From assembly GCA_007376395.1 (NCBI GenBank), contig VMGE01000002.1, positions 77,118-141,117 of the forward strand: 64,000 nt of DNA, in the 5' to 3' direction. Shown here in pieces: positions 37,519-46,591 of this stretch. How positions within the stretch are numbered: position 1 is the first letter of the stretch; each line of letters begins with the position of its first letter. Position numbers and translations under genes: made by a program. This stretch comes from Microgenomates group bacterium Gr01-1014_5 (lineage in GTDB: Bacteria > Patescibacteriota > Microgenomatia > UBA8517 > UBA10165). The notes beneath the pieces are model-generated. The model saw only the letters and a list, made by a program, of their open reading frames with translations. It was not told where the DNA came from and ran no database searches.

Positions 37519-37780
37519 TAATTCTCGTGGTTTTATTGAAATAGTTTTAGTACTGGTCGGGTTTTTGGTATTGGTTGGAGTTGCAGTCTTTTGGTTTACA
37601 ACCCAGCCTAAAAAACTTTCGCTCCCTAATTTTACAGAATCTAGACAACCTCCTCAAGCTTCACCTAGCCCGGCCGCTGGCACTAACGCGAGTTTATTAG
37701 ACGCAGACTTAGAAGCAATAGAGATTGTGGACCCTGCCCAAGACATAAAAGACATCGATCGCGACCTCAACAGCCTCTAA
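37511..37780 (+). CDS. small membrane protein with prepilin-like RGF N-terminus
   Basis: SRGFIEIVLVL TM, Pro/Ser linker, acidic tail; overlaps the upstream stop. Confidence 0.7.
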   Translation: MNNNSRGFIEIVLVLVGFLVLVGVAVFWFTTQPKKLSLPNFTESRQPPQASPSPAAGTNASLLDADLEAIEIVDPAQDIKDIDRDLNSL

Positions 37781-37781
37781 A

Positions 37782-38279
37782 TTATTGATTGAAATTGCTA
37801 ACTTCTCGTACTTTATTTTGGAGTGATGTAAATACCTTTTTCAAATCAGCACCTTTGGCTTGCACTGTTTTTGTCGGTAAGACAGGGCTGAACAATAGCC
37901 ATTCTTGCGTATAAATACTGGGATCAACATAAATGTCGTGTTGCGGGTCAAAGCCGAAAGGGTATGCGCATCCTGGCTCTGCTCCAAAATATGCTTTTAA
38001 TTCTTCTGCGGTGGCCAGTCTAACTTTACTTGTACTTAAACTGTCTTTTATCGAATCGAAATCTAAACGTTTTCCCTGAAGAGTAACATAGACTGCAAAC
38101 TTATCGTCAACTTTGAGTACCATACATTTGGCTTCTGTGCCAAAGAAGCCTGTTTCCTTTTGTACTTGTGCTAAGTCCTCATAAGTCAGGGCATCCTTAT
38201 GGCTAAAAAGTTTATATTCTACTTTATTATTATCGAGGAGATTAATAAGATCTTGGTAAACAGAATTTGGGTCAACCAT
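37782..38279 (-). CDS. YbaK/ProX-family aminoacyl-tRNA editing protein
   Basis: AKCMVLK, RLATAEEL, GAEPGCAYPFG. Confidence 0.85.
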   Translation of the reverse strand: MVDPNSVYQDLINLLDNNKVEYKLFSHKDALTYEDLAQVQKETGFFGTEAKCMVLKVDDKFAVYVTLQGKRLDFDSIKDSLSTSKVRLATAEELKAYFGAEPGCAYPFGFDPQHDIYVDPSIYTQEWLLFSPVLPTKTVQAKGADLKKVFTSLQNKVREVSNFNQ

Positions 38280-38288
38280 ATGCCGATT

Positions 38289-38795
38289 CTACACGGCGAC
38301 ATCTATAATTTCCACTTTGTTAGTTTCTGTGTCATAAACAGCAAAAGATGGTTCAAGTGTTTTATGCAGCGCGCCTGGATTAACAAGAAGGGTATTGCTA
38401 CTTTCCCATTTTCGCCTCCGGTGTGTGTGTCCACAAAAACCAATATCAAATTTTTCTTTTTGAGCAATCTCTTCCAATAGAGTGGGGTAGTGAGAAACAC
38501 CGATATGTTTTCCATCGAATTCAAGTTTTAAGAAAGATTCGTTAAAGTTAATATTTGTTTCTTTCAAAACTTGCTGCATTCTAGGATCAATGTCGGCGTT
38601 TCCCAACACCCCGTAAACAGGTATTTTCACGCCATCAAACCCGATCAAATCGGGTTCAAATTGTTTCACGGCAAGAGGAGTGTTCCAATCTCCGCAATGG
38701 ATAATCGCTCCCGCCTTACACTCCTTGGCAAACCCAATAACGTGCTTGAGTCGCACAATGTTGTCATGGGAATCAGAGAGAATAATTATTCTCAT
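38289..38795 (-). CDS. YfcE-family metallophosphoesterase
   Basis: SDSHDN, HCGD, GNAD, GHTH, NPGA. Confidence 0.9.
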   Translation of the reverse strand: MRIIILSDSHDNIVRLKHVIGFAKECKAGAIIHCGDWNTPLAVKQFEPDLIGFDGVKIPVYGVLGNADIDPRMQQVLKETNINFNESFLKLEFDGKHIGVSHYPTLLEEIAQKEKFDIGFCGHTHRRRKWESSNTLLVNPGALHKTLEPSFAVYDTETNKVEIIDVAV

Positions 38796-38804
38796 TAGTT
38801 AAAA

Positions 38805-39848
38805 TTAATATTGGGGCAAATACTCTTTAATATTCTGATTAGTTAAACTTACTTGCTGCACTTTCCCCTCCACATACTCTTTAGCTATTTTACGGACAAT
38901 GCCTGAAATTGTCCTTTCCATGGTTCTTAAACCTGCGTCGAAACCTAATGGTCGCACAATGTTTGGCCACACTTCGTCCTGTACTTGCAGGACTTCGTGT
39001 GGCAAGCCAGACTCCCCAAGAACGCGCGGCAAAATATAGTTTTTGCCAATCTCAATTTTTTCCGTGTCTGTGTAAGAAGGCATGTGCATTACTTCCAAGC
39101 GGTCTAAAACTGCTGTGGCAATATTAGTCGTATTGTTTGCCGTAGTCACAAAAATAACTTCTGACAAATTCACCGGATAGTCGATGTAGTAATCCAAAAA
39201 GGCCTGATTTTGTTCCGGATCTAAAAGTTCAAGCAATACTCCCATTACTGCCGCCCTTCCTTTTTCGTCAACCCTATCAATTTCGTCAAGTAGGATTACC
39301 GGATTATTTACACCCACCTTTCTTAAAGCCTTGATTATCCGTCCGGGCTCTGATTCGGGATGAACTTTGGACTGCCCACGAAGCTCTAATACGTCCCCAA
39401 GACCTCCGAGAGCTATCCTAAAAAACTTGCGCCCTAAAGCCTCTGCGACAGAATACGCAACCGTCGTTTTACCAGTGCCTGCAAGGCCAACAAAGCACAA
39501 TATTGGAGCCCGTACAGGAAGTCCTTTATCACGGTTTAATTTAATAACAGCGATATATTCTAAAAGTCTCTCTTTAATATCTTCCAGGCCGTAGTGATTT
39601 TTGTCTAAAACTCCTTTTGTATGGGGTAAATCTAAAATATCTTCGCTTTTTTTCGTCCAAGGGATATTGACCAACCAGTCAACATAATCTGCCGTGCGGT
39701 CAACCTCGTCAAAGGCTTGGGTTGTCGCGCCAATGCGCTCTATGCGCGCCAAACGTTCTAAAACACGGGTAGCTAAATCTTCAGGAAGTCGCGCTTGCTC
39801 TACTTTTGTGCGAAGCTGGCCAATTTGCGCTGAAAGATCATCGGGCAT
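38805..39848 (-). CDS. Lon-type AAA+ ATPase module lacking the protease domain
   Basis: HYGLEDIKERLLEYIAV, GLAGTGKT, LLDEID, LLDPEQN, LDRLE; ends after the alpha domain. Confidence 0.9.
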   Translation of the reverse strand: MPDDLSAQIGQLRTKVEQARLPEDLATRVLERLARIERIGATTQAFDEVDRTADYVDWLVNIPWTKKSEDILDLPHTKGVLDKNHYGLEDIKERLLEYIAVIKLNRDKGLPVRAPILCFVGLAGTGKTTVAYSVAEALGRKFFRIALGGLGDVLELRGQSKVHPESEPGRIIKALRKVGVNNPVILLDEIDRVDEKGRAAVMGVLLELLDPEQNQAFLDYYIDYPVNLSEVIFVTTANNTTNIATAVLDRLEVMHMPSYTDTEKIEIGKNYILPRVLGESGLPHEVLQVQDEVWPNIVRPLGFDAGLRTMERTISGIVRKIAKEYVEGKVQQVSLTNQNIKEYLPQY

Positions 39849-39945
39849 AACCTCAGTATATCAGAAGAGAGTTAAAACCTTTTCTTGCTAGGCGTAAGAA
39901 CCTCGCTTTGCGAGAACCTTGTGCCTTCTAAGTTAAACTGGAGGA

Positions 39946-42276
39946 TTAAAACCGCTTTTTTGAAGGCATGAAGCGGGAGGCTGGAAAATGAGGACCCCCT
40001 CCTTCGCCTTCGCTTCGGCGGGCAGATCCTTCTCGTCTACCTCCACCACCACTGCCGCGACTATCTCGTCCACCACTACGCGATCCTGCGTAGCCGGAAC
40101 GAGGAGCGTCATCTCTTCTTGGTCCTCTGTCATATCCTCTTGGTCCGCGATCCGATCCGCCACGGCTCTCGAATCTTCGCTCTCCGCCTCCCCGCTCTTC
40201 TCTGGGCTTGTCGGTTGAAGGATCCATGCGCATAGATAAATTAATTCTGCCTAAATTATCAACCTCGCGCACACGGACTTTTACTATGTCCCCTACTTTA
40301 ACAATATCGTTTGGATCTTTGACAAAATCCTCTGCCATGTCTGAAACATGTACCAATCCGTCTTTACCGGGAAGAATGTTTACAAATGCTCCAAACGGCT
40401 GAATTCTTGCCACTTCTCCATCATAAATTTCACCGGGCTGAACCTCTTTGACTATTCCTTCAATCGTATTTTTTGCCCTTTCGACAGCTTCTTGATCCAA
40501 TCCGGAAACAATAACCGATCCGTCGTCTTCAACATCAATCTGAGCTCCGGTATCGGCCATAATCCGCTTAATAATTTTTCCTCCCGGTCCTATAATTTCG
40601 CCAATTTTTTCAACCGGGACTTTGGTTTGGACAATTTTAGGAGCGTAAGTTGAAACAGCCTCTCTAGCGTTAGGTAAGGCCTTCTTCATTGTTTCGAGAA
40701 TGAACAATCTGCCCTTTTTCGCCTGTTCTAAAGCTTGGGTCAAAATCTCGAGTGTTAATTCTGGAGTCTTAACGTCTAGCTGTATTGCAGTTACACCAGT
40801 TTCTGTGCCCGTTACCTTAAAATCCATGTCTCCCATGCCGTCTTCTATACCCATAATGTCGGACAAAATCGCAACCTTGCCGCCCTCGATAATCAAACCC
40901 ATGGCAATTCCTGAAACAGGAGCCGTAATCGGCACACCAGCGTCCATTAAAGATAGAGTCGATCCGCAAGTAGAAGCCATAGAAGTCGAGCCATTAGAAG
41001 ACATCACTTCAGAGACCACCAGTATTGTATAAGGAAAGTCTGCTTCTGTCGGAAGCACTGGCATTAATGCACGCTCGGCTAAAGCTCCGTGCCCAATCTC
41101 TCGGCGTCCGGGCTGTCCGAAACGTCCTGTTTCTCCCGTTGAATAGGGAGGAAAATTGTAATGATGCATGTATCTTTTGCTTTCTTCTCCCTCAGCTGAC
41201 TCTAGGAGTTGAGAAAGGTTTGGGGCGCCAAGCGTCGTTACCGACAAAACCTGTGTTTGTCCGCGGCGAAACATGGCAGACCCATGAGTTCTTGGCAGAA
41301 GCCCAACTTCAGCCGTTAATTCGCGGATTTGGTCGTGTTTTCTTCCATCAAGCCGCACCCCAGACAACATTTGTTTGCGCACTTGTTTGCGCATTACCTT
41401 TTCGAAGGCTGGGCCTACAATATTCGCTTTTTCTACTCCGACTTCTTCGGCTATAGCCTGTTTTAACTCAGAGGCATTACTACCTCCCTCGTGAGACGCG
41501 TTATTTTTAGCAAATTCTAAAATTTGATCGCCAAACTTTTTATCAATAAGATTAGCCAACTCTTCATCTTCTTTGTCGTCAAACGCTACTTTTTGTACTC
41601 CAATTTTTTTACTGAGCTCTTCTATCCCTTTAATTATTTTTTGCGCTTCTTTTTGTCCAAAATCTAAAGCTTCCAAAAGTCTTTTTTCTGGAACTTGATT
41701 TGCCCCTGCCTCAATCATGAAGATGTTTTCTTTGTTGGTTGTTAAGACAAGATCCAAATCAGAAGTCTCTAGTTCCGATTGGAGAGGGTTTGCTATAAAA
41801 TCTTCCCCGCTTGTCCCTATCTTCAATGAGCCAACAGGCCCACGCCAGGGAATATTGGAAGTGGCGAGAGCCGCAGAAGCCGCGATCATCGCCAAAACTC
41901 CTGGGTCATTTTCTCCGTCTACAGATAAGACAGTCGCAATAACTTGAACGTCTTTTTTGTAAGTCTTGGGGAAAAGTGGACGGATAGAACGATCGATAAG
42001 CCGGCAGGTTAGAATTTCTTCATCGGTTGGGCGTCCGTCACGTTTTACCCAACGACTGCCTTTAATCCGGCCGCCTGCATATAGACGCATCGTATAATCA
42101 ACGGTCAGGGGGAAATAATCAAGCTCCATTTTAAGAGGTGCAGCAACAATGGTTACTAAAACCATTGTGTCGCCCTGACGGGCTACAATTGCAGAACTAG
42201 CTTGTTCGGCAAATCTGCCGTGTTCGAGAGTTAGAGTTTTTCCTCCAACCTTAATTTCTTGAGTTATAATCTTCAT
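39946..42276 (-). CDS. pnp: polyribonucleotide nucleotidyltransferase
   Basis: RLIDRSIRPLF, RREIGHG, SNGSTSMAS, GDMDFKV, KH and S1 domains. Confidence 0.97.
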   Translation of the reverse strand: MKIITQEIKVGGKTLTLEHGRFAEQASSAIVARQGDTMVLVTIVAAPLKMELDYFPLTVDYTMRLYAGGRIKGSRWVKRDGRPTDEEILTCRLIDRSIRPLFPKTYKKDVQVIATVLSVDGENDPGVLAMIAASAALATSNIPWRGPVGSLKIGTSGEDFIANPLQSELETSDLDLVLTTNKENIFMIEAGANQVPEKRLLEALDFGQKEAQKIIKGIEELSKKIGVQKVAFDDKEDEELANLIDKKFGDQILEFAKNNASHEGGSNASELKQAIAEEVGVEKANIVGPAFEKVMRKQVRKQMLSGVRLDGRKHDQIRELTAEVGLLPRTHGSAMFRRGQTQVLSVTTLGAPNLSQLLESAEGEESKRYMHHYNFPPYSTGETGRFGQPGRREIGHGALAERALMPVLPTEADFPYTILVVSEVMSSNGSTSMASTCGSTLSLMDAGVPITAPVSGIAMGLIIEGGKVAILSDIMGIEDGMGDMDFKVTGTETGVTAIQLDVKTPELTLEILTQALEQAKKGRLFILETMKKALPNAREAVSTYAPKIVQTKVPVEKIGEIIGPGGKIIKRIMADTGAQIDVEDDGSVIVSGLDQEAVERAKNTIEGIVKEVQPGEIYDGEVARIQPFGAFVNILPGKDGLVHVSDMAEDFVKDPNDIVKVGDIVKVRVREVDNLGRINLSMRMDPSTDKPREERGGGERRFESRGGSDRGPRGYDRGPRRDDAPRSGYAGSRSGGRDSRGSGGGGRREGSARRSEGEGGGPHFPASRFMPSKKRF

Positions 42277-42322
42277 TTGTGTTTCGAGTAAAAGTATGTG
42301 AGGGTAGAAGTCTTTTACCTTG

Positions 42323-42592
42323 TTACTTTGACAAACTTAAACTACCTAACAATCCTTTATAACGTTCCTCGTGTTTGTTTTGCAAGTAGGAAAGCAAACG
42401 TCTGCGCTTGGCAACCATGGTTAACAGGCCGCGGCGTGAATGAGTATCTTTCTTGTGTTCTTGTAAATGCTTACTCAAACGAGTGATTTGTTCAGTCAAT
42501 AGCGCAACTTGTACTTCGGGACTTCCCGTATCCCCTTTGGCTTGACTAAATTTGTCAATTATCTGTTTTTTGTCGGTTGTAGTTAAAGACAT
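42323..42592 (-). CDS. rpsO: 30S ribosomal protein S15
   Basis: [24 protein letters not shown]. Confidence 0.97.
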   Translation of the reverse strand: MSLTTTDKKQIIDKFSQAKGDTGSPEVQVALLTEQITRLSKHLQEHKKDTHSRRGLLTMVAKRRRLLSYLQNKHEERYKGLLGSLSLSK

Positions 42593-42695
42593 ATTTCTGA
42601 CATGTAGTACCAAGCTTGTCCGCCTGCGGGCAAGCCTAGAGTTACATCAAATTACATTGTAGCATGCCTGAGCTCAAATTCCAAGGTTGAATTAA

Positions 42696-43538
42696 TTAGC
42701 CAATATTGGAAGAGTCGCGAAATGCTGATAAATCTTCCGGCATGGTTTGGCGAACAACAGGCGCAGGTTGTGCAAACTGCGGCATAGCTACCGGCACTGA
42801 TCGCCTTGCTCCTGCTTTGAGCAGATCTCCTGCAAGTGTAAATGTTTCAGAACGAACCGTAGGTGCTGTAAAATTGGCAGTTCCGCTCTCTAACCCCGAG
42901 AAAAGATTAGTCGCCAAATCTTCGTCAAGGGGCACATCTAAAGCTTGAAGCACTTGGTAGGCAGTCTCGCTTATAGAAACGCCAGAAGCATCAATAAGCT
43001 CAATAGCTTTTGGCCAACCGGAAAGGGGGCTGTTGCCCAAAAGAGCTAAAGTTACATTTGGCAAGCTTTCTGTAAACTCCTTGTTTTGGGAAAAAATACC
43101 TAAACCTTCCGGATAATTAGCCCCAACCACAATTACTAAATTTGCGCCAATTCCAGCATAATTTAAGGTTACGTTTTCCTGTCCCGGGGCTTTATTGCCC
43201 GGTTTAGGAATAACTGTTAGAAAAAACTGGCCATTGTCTATATTGTAGGAAACTTTTTCTATATTGTCTGCCGGATAATTCGCAAAAGACAAAATGAGGT
43301 TTTTATCTCCCAAATCTTCACGAATTTTGTTTACTCCCACTAAACGGTTAAGCTCAACCGTAACCTGAGAGGGAGAAGAAACAGTCACAGCATACCCTTT
43401 TTTCTCCAATGCCATAGCTAGGCTCAAACCAGCAGCTGTAGCATCTATGTTTGGATTTTGCGGCAAAATAACAAGGATGGATTTTATCTCCCCCTTTGCA
43501 AGTAAATTTTGAAAACCAGCTATATCAGCAACTGCCAT
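42696..43538 (-). CDS. degenerate DHH/NrnA-like protein
   Basis: NPNIDATAAGLSL and ATNLFSGLESGTANF resemble DHH motifs I and IV; no DHH triplet; position after infB. Confidence 0.65.
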   Translation of the reverse strand: MAVADIAGFQNLLAKGEIKSILVILPQNPNIDATAAGLSLAMALEKKGYAVTVSSPSQVTVELNRLVGVNKIREDLGDKNLILSFANYPADNIEKVSYNIDNGQFFLTVIPKPGNKAPGQENVTLNYAGIGANLVIVVGANYPEGLGIFSQNKEFTESLPNVTLALLGNSPLSGWPKAIELIDASGVSISETAYQVLQALDVPLDEDLATNLFSGLESGTANFTAPTVRSETFTLAGDLLKAGARRSVPVAMPQFAQPAPVVRQTMPEDLSAFRDSSNIG

Positions 43539-43672
43539 GATTTTAGCGTATAGGAAATAGCGAGTAGCGTATAGTAAATTACAGAGAGCAGGATTGAAGC
43601 AGAATTTCCTGTGCGCTATACGCTAATAGCTATAAGCGTAGCTTGAAGCCGCCTTGCGGCGACTATGAGCTA

Positions 43673-45121
43673 TTATTGTACCGATTCTATCACATCCCCG
43701 GTTCTGAAATCAAATTGCGGTTCAAAATAAGTACCAAACTCTTCACCTATCTGGTCAACCTTTCCCACTTCACTTTTCTGTTTTTTTAAAGATTCCAGTT
43801 TGACATTGCCTAGACTCTGTTCTTCCCTTACCAGCCTTACTTTATCGCTTTTGGTAATCCTTCCAGCCAACAGTTTGCAACCCGCAATCCGGGTTTTACC
43901 GTGTGAAAATTGAGCTATAACCTCTGCGCGGCCTAAGATTTTTTCTCTTAATTCTTCGGCCCTTTCTTTTTGCCATTTATCCACGTCGCGGGCTAATTCG
44001 TAAATAATTTTGTAGATGTAAACTAAAACTTTTTCCTCTTCAGCCAGTTTCAAAACATCCTTTCCCGCTTTTACATTAAAACCTACAACAACTGCCTTTT
44101 GCGGGGCGGCAACTAGAATATCTGACTCGATTATTTCCCCAACACCTGAAAGTAAAATCCCAACTTCCGGCGAAAGTTGCCCCAAGATTGCCTCAAGACT
44201 CCCTGCGGTATCTGCTTTAAGTATGATGGGGAAACCTTCGGTTTTTGGAATTTCTCTTTTTTCCTCTTTGGCAACTTCTGTACCCGATCCTTTATGGGTA
44301 ACCAGAGCCCCGACAGCAGGGAGCGCAGATAAACCAATTATTTCCACAGGATCGCCAGGGCCAGCCTCTTTAACCGGGGTGCCGTTTTGATCAAAAAGGC
44401 CGCGCGCTTTGCCTCCCACGCCCTCTGCATTTAAAAAGTCACCGATTTTTATCGTCCCGTTTTTTAAAACCGTACTTACCACTACTCCTCGCCTGGCATC
44501 CCTTTCTGCTTCAATGACATAAGCTTCAAGTTCTTCGTCAGGACTTCCCGATACATTGTTCAACTGGGCCATCAGAGAAATCATCTCCAATAAATCCTCT
44601 ACTCCTTGACCAGTCTTCGCCGAAACAGGGATGACAACTGTTTCTCCTCCGTAATCTTCGGGCACAATCTCTAATTCCAATAGTTGGTTTTTCACCTTGT
44701 CGACTTGCGCAGTCGGTAAATCGATTTTGGTTATAGCTACAAGAAATGGGGTTTTTGATTCGCGGATAAACTCAAGCGACTGTTTTGTTTGGGGCATAAT
44801 TCCGTCGTCTGCCGCTATTACCAAAATAGCCAGATCTGCAACTTTTGCTCCCCTGGCGCGCATTGCCTGAAAAGCTTCGTGACCGGGAGTATCAATAAAA
44901 GTAATTTTTTCGCCTTTTTGGGTCTTTACCTGCCAAGCTCCAATGCTTTGCGTAATTCCACCTGCCTCGCGGGCAATAACATTTGTGTTGCGGATACGGT
45001 CTAAAAGCGAGGTCTTGCCGTGGTCAACATGACCTAGAACAGCAACGATCGGCACGCTTAGCGTGCCATTTACCCCGCTAAGCGGGGTGGTGGACTTTGT
45101 TTTTTGAGAATTCTTCTCCAT
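43673..45121 (-). CDS. infB: translation initiation factor IF-2, minimal form
   Basis: LGHVDHGKT, EAGGITQ, DTPGHEAF, IIYEL. Confidence 0.96.
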   Translation of the reverse strand: MEKNSQKTKSTTPLSGVNGTLSVPIVAVLGHVDHGKTSLLDRIRNTNVIAREAGGITQSIGAWQVKTQKGEKITFIDTPGHEAFQAMRARGAKVADLAILVIAADDGIMPQTKQSLEFIRESKTPFLVAITKIDLPTAQVDKVKNQLLELEIVPEDYGGETVVIPVSAKTGQGVEDLLEMISLMAQLNNVSGSPDEELEAYVIEAERDARRGVVVSTVLKNGTIKIGDFLNAEGVGGKARGLFDQNGTPVKEAGPGDPVEIIGLSALPAVGALVTHKGSGTEVAKEEKREIPKTEGFPIILKADTAGSLEAILGQLSPEVGILLSGVGEIIESDILVAAPQKAVVVGFNVKAGKDVLKLAEEEKVLVYIYKIIYELARDVDKWQKERAEELREKILGRAEVIAQFSHGKTRIAGCKLLAGRITKSDKVRLVREEQSLGNVKLESLKKQKSEVGKVDQIGEEFGTYFEPQFDFRTGDVIESVQ

Positions 45122-45141
45122 GTAATTTAAAAGAAAACATC

Positions 45142-46245
45142 TTAACCTTCTTTTTGTTCTGGCTCGGGGGTTGGTGTCTCTTCGACTAGCGCTTCTTCAA
45201 TAACTGGAGCCGCTTGGTCATCTGCCGGCACAACCTGAGTTGTTTCTTCTGTTGGAGTCTTTTCAACCGGAATTCCGTCGATCTCAATTCTCCAACCGGT
45301 AAGCTTTACAGCCAAACGGACGTTTTGACCCTCTTTACCGATTGCTAAAGAAAGCTTGTCTTCCCCCACTTTAACCTTTGCTTCTTTGTTTTTTTCGTCC
45401 AGACTGACTTGTATTCCATCTGCCGGGGCAAGAGCCGCAGCGATAAGATCAGCCGTGTTTTCAGTCCAAGGGATAATGTCGATTTTCTCGCCATTAAGCT
45501 CGTTAATAACCGCTTGTACGCGCACACCCTTTTGTCCGACACAAGAACCAACCGGGTCTACTCCTGGTTGGGTTGAGTGCACAGCAATTTTTGTACGCGA
45601 ACCGGCTTCACGGGCTATAACCTTGACCTCAACTGCTCCGGAACCAATCTCCGGAACTTCGCGGGCGAACAGCTTTTTGACTAAATCAGGATCCGAACGC
45701 GAAAGAATGATTTCGCGGCCCCGCTCTGTTTCGCGGATTTCTTTTAGTAAATAAGTCAGCCTTTGATTGATGTTTAGGCGCTCTGAAGGAATTCTTTCGT
45801 TGGAAGGGACGATTCCTTCTGCCCGGCCAATATCAACTCTTACTGCTGGTCCGTCAAAACGCAGTACTATTCCTGAAACCAAAGATCCAATTCTGGTTTC
45901 ATATTGAGATAAAACAGAGTCTTTTTCTGCTTCTCTAATTTTTTGTAAAATTACCTGTTTTGCAGTTTGCGCGGCAATACGGCCAAATCCGGGAGGAGTA
46001 ATGTCTTTCTTTTCGTCTTCCTTTCCTTCTTCCCAAGTTAAAACTCTGGCTTCTCCGGTCTGCGAGTCAACATTTGCTTCAAGCTGAATTTCTTCTGTTT
46101 CTTCTCCGCGCTCGCGGGCATCCCTACGGTAAGCTGCTAAGATTGCTTGTTTAATTGTATCCAAGACAATTGCCGGATCAAGTCCGCGCTCTTTAGCAAT
46201 TGCGCTTAATGCTGAGGCAAATTCTGTTCTTGCTTGTGCTGCCAT
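45142..46245 (-). CDS. nusA: transcription factor NusA
   Basis: FGRIAAQTAKQVI, DPVGSCVG, AIGKEGQNVRLA. Confidence 0.97.
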   Translation of the reverse strand: MAAQARTEFASALSAIAKERGLDPAIVLDTIKQAILAAYRRDARERGEETEEIQLEANVDSQTGEARVLTWEEGKEDEKKDITPPGFGRIAAQTAKQVILQKIREAEKDSVLSQYETRIGSLVSGIVLRFDGPAVRVDIGRAEGIVPSNERIPSERLNINQRLTYLLKEIRETERGREIILSRSDPDLVKKLFAREVPEIGSGAVEVKVIAREAGSRTKIAVHSTQPGVDPVGSCVGQKGVRVQAVINELNGEKIDIIPWTENTADLIAAALAPADGIQVSLDEKNKEAKVKVGEDKLSLAIGKEGQNVRLAVKLTGWRIEIDGIPVEKTPTEETTQVVPADDQAAPVIEEALVEETPTPEPEQKEG

Positions 46246-46255
46246 ATGTGTTTTT

Positions 46256-46335
46256 AACAAAAACGGCGGGTTGTGCCCACCGAATCCTACACTCAAAGAT
46301 GCTTCTAGTTTATATTGTTGGGCTCAAAATGTCAA
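46256..46335 (-). promoter_or_regulatory. nusA promoter TTGACA-17-TAAACT and leader hairpin with U-tract
   Basis: -35 at 46330-46335, -10 at 46307-46312; CGGTGGG-CACAA-CCCGCCG-TTTTTGTT at 46256-46282. Confidence 0.7.
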
Positions 46336-46530
46336 TTAGTTGCTTGGGGACGGCTCTGGAGTGGGTTTTTCAACATAATCATTAGTTCGAGGATCGTAAA
46401 CATAAAGAGGTGTCAATACATCGGCAGGACCTCTATTGTCATTACGTTTTGGAACACAACGATCACCGGTAGGAATTCCGTGACCTACTACGGGTACCAA
46501 CCAAACTGGAGCTTCTATGTTTCTTTTCAC
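46336..46530 (-). CDS. small hypothetical protein
   Basis: 64 aa, preceded by TTGACA-17-TATTAT at 46540-46568. Confidence 0.45.
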   Translation of the reverse strand: MKRNIEAPVWLVPVVGHGIPTGDRCVPKRNDNRGPADVLTPLYVYDPRTNDYVEKPTPEPSPSN

Positions 46531-46591
46531 TATAGGCGTATAATAACAGAGGTTCTTTGCGCTGTCAACATTGCATTACGCGTAAGAACAA

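Noticed and set aside
38289-38805. Frameshifted Lon protease domain downstream of the AAA module
   Set aside because: The space holds an intact metallophosphoesterase and I saw no DGPSAG motif.
39885-39925. AACCT repeats around a CTCGC-TTT-GCGAG hairpin after pnp
   Set aside because: Single short instance with no U-tract; possibly REP-like but too weak to call.
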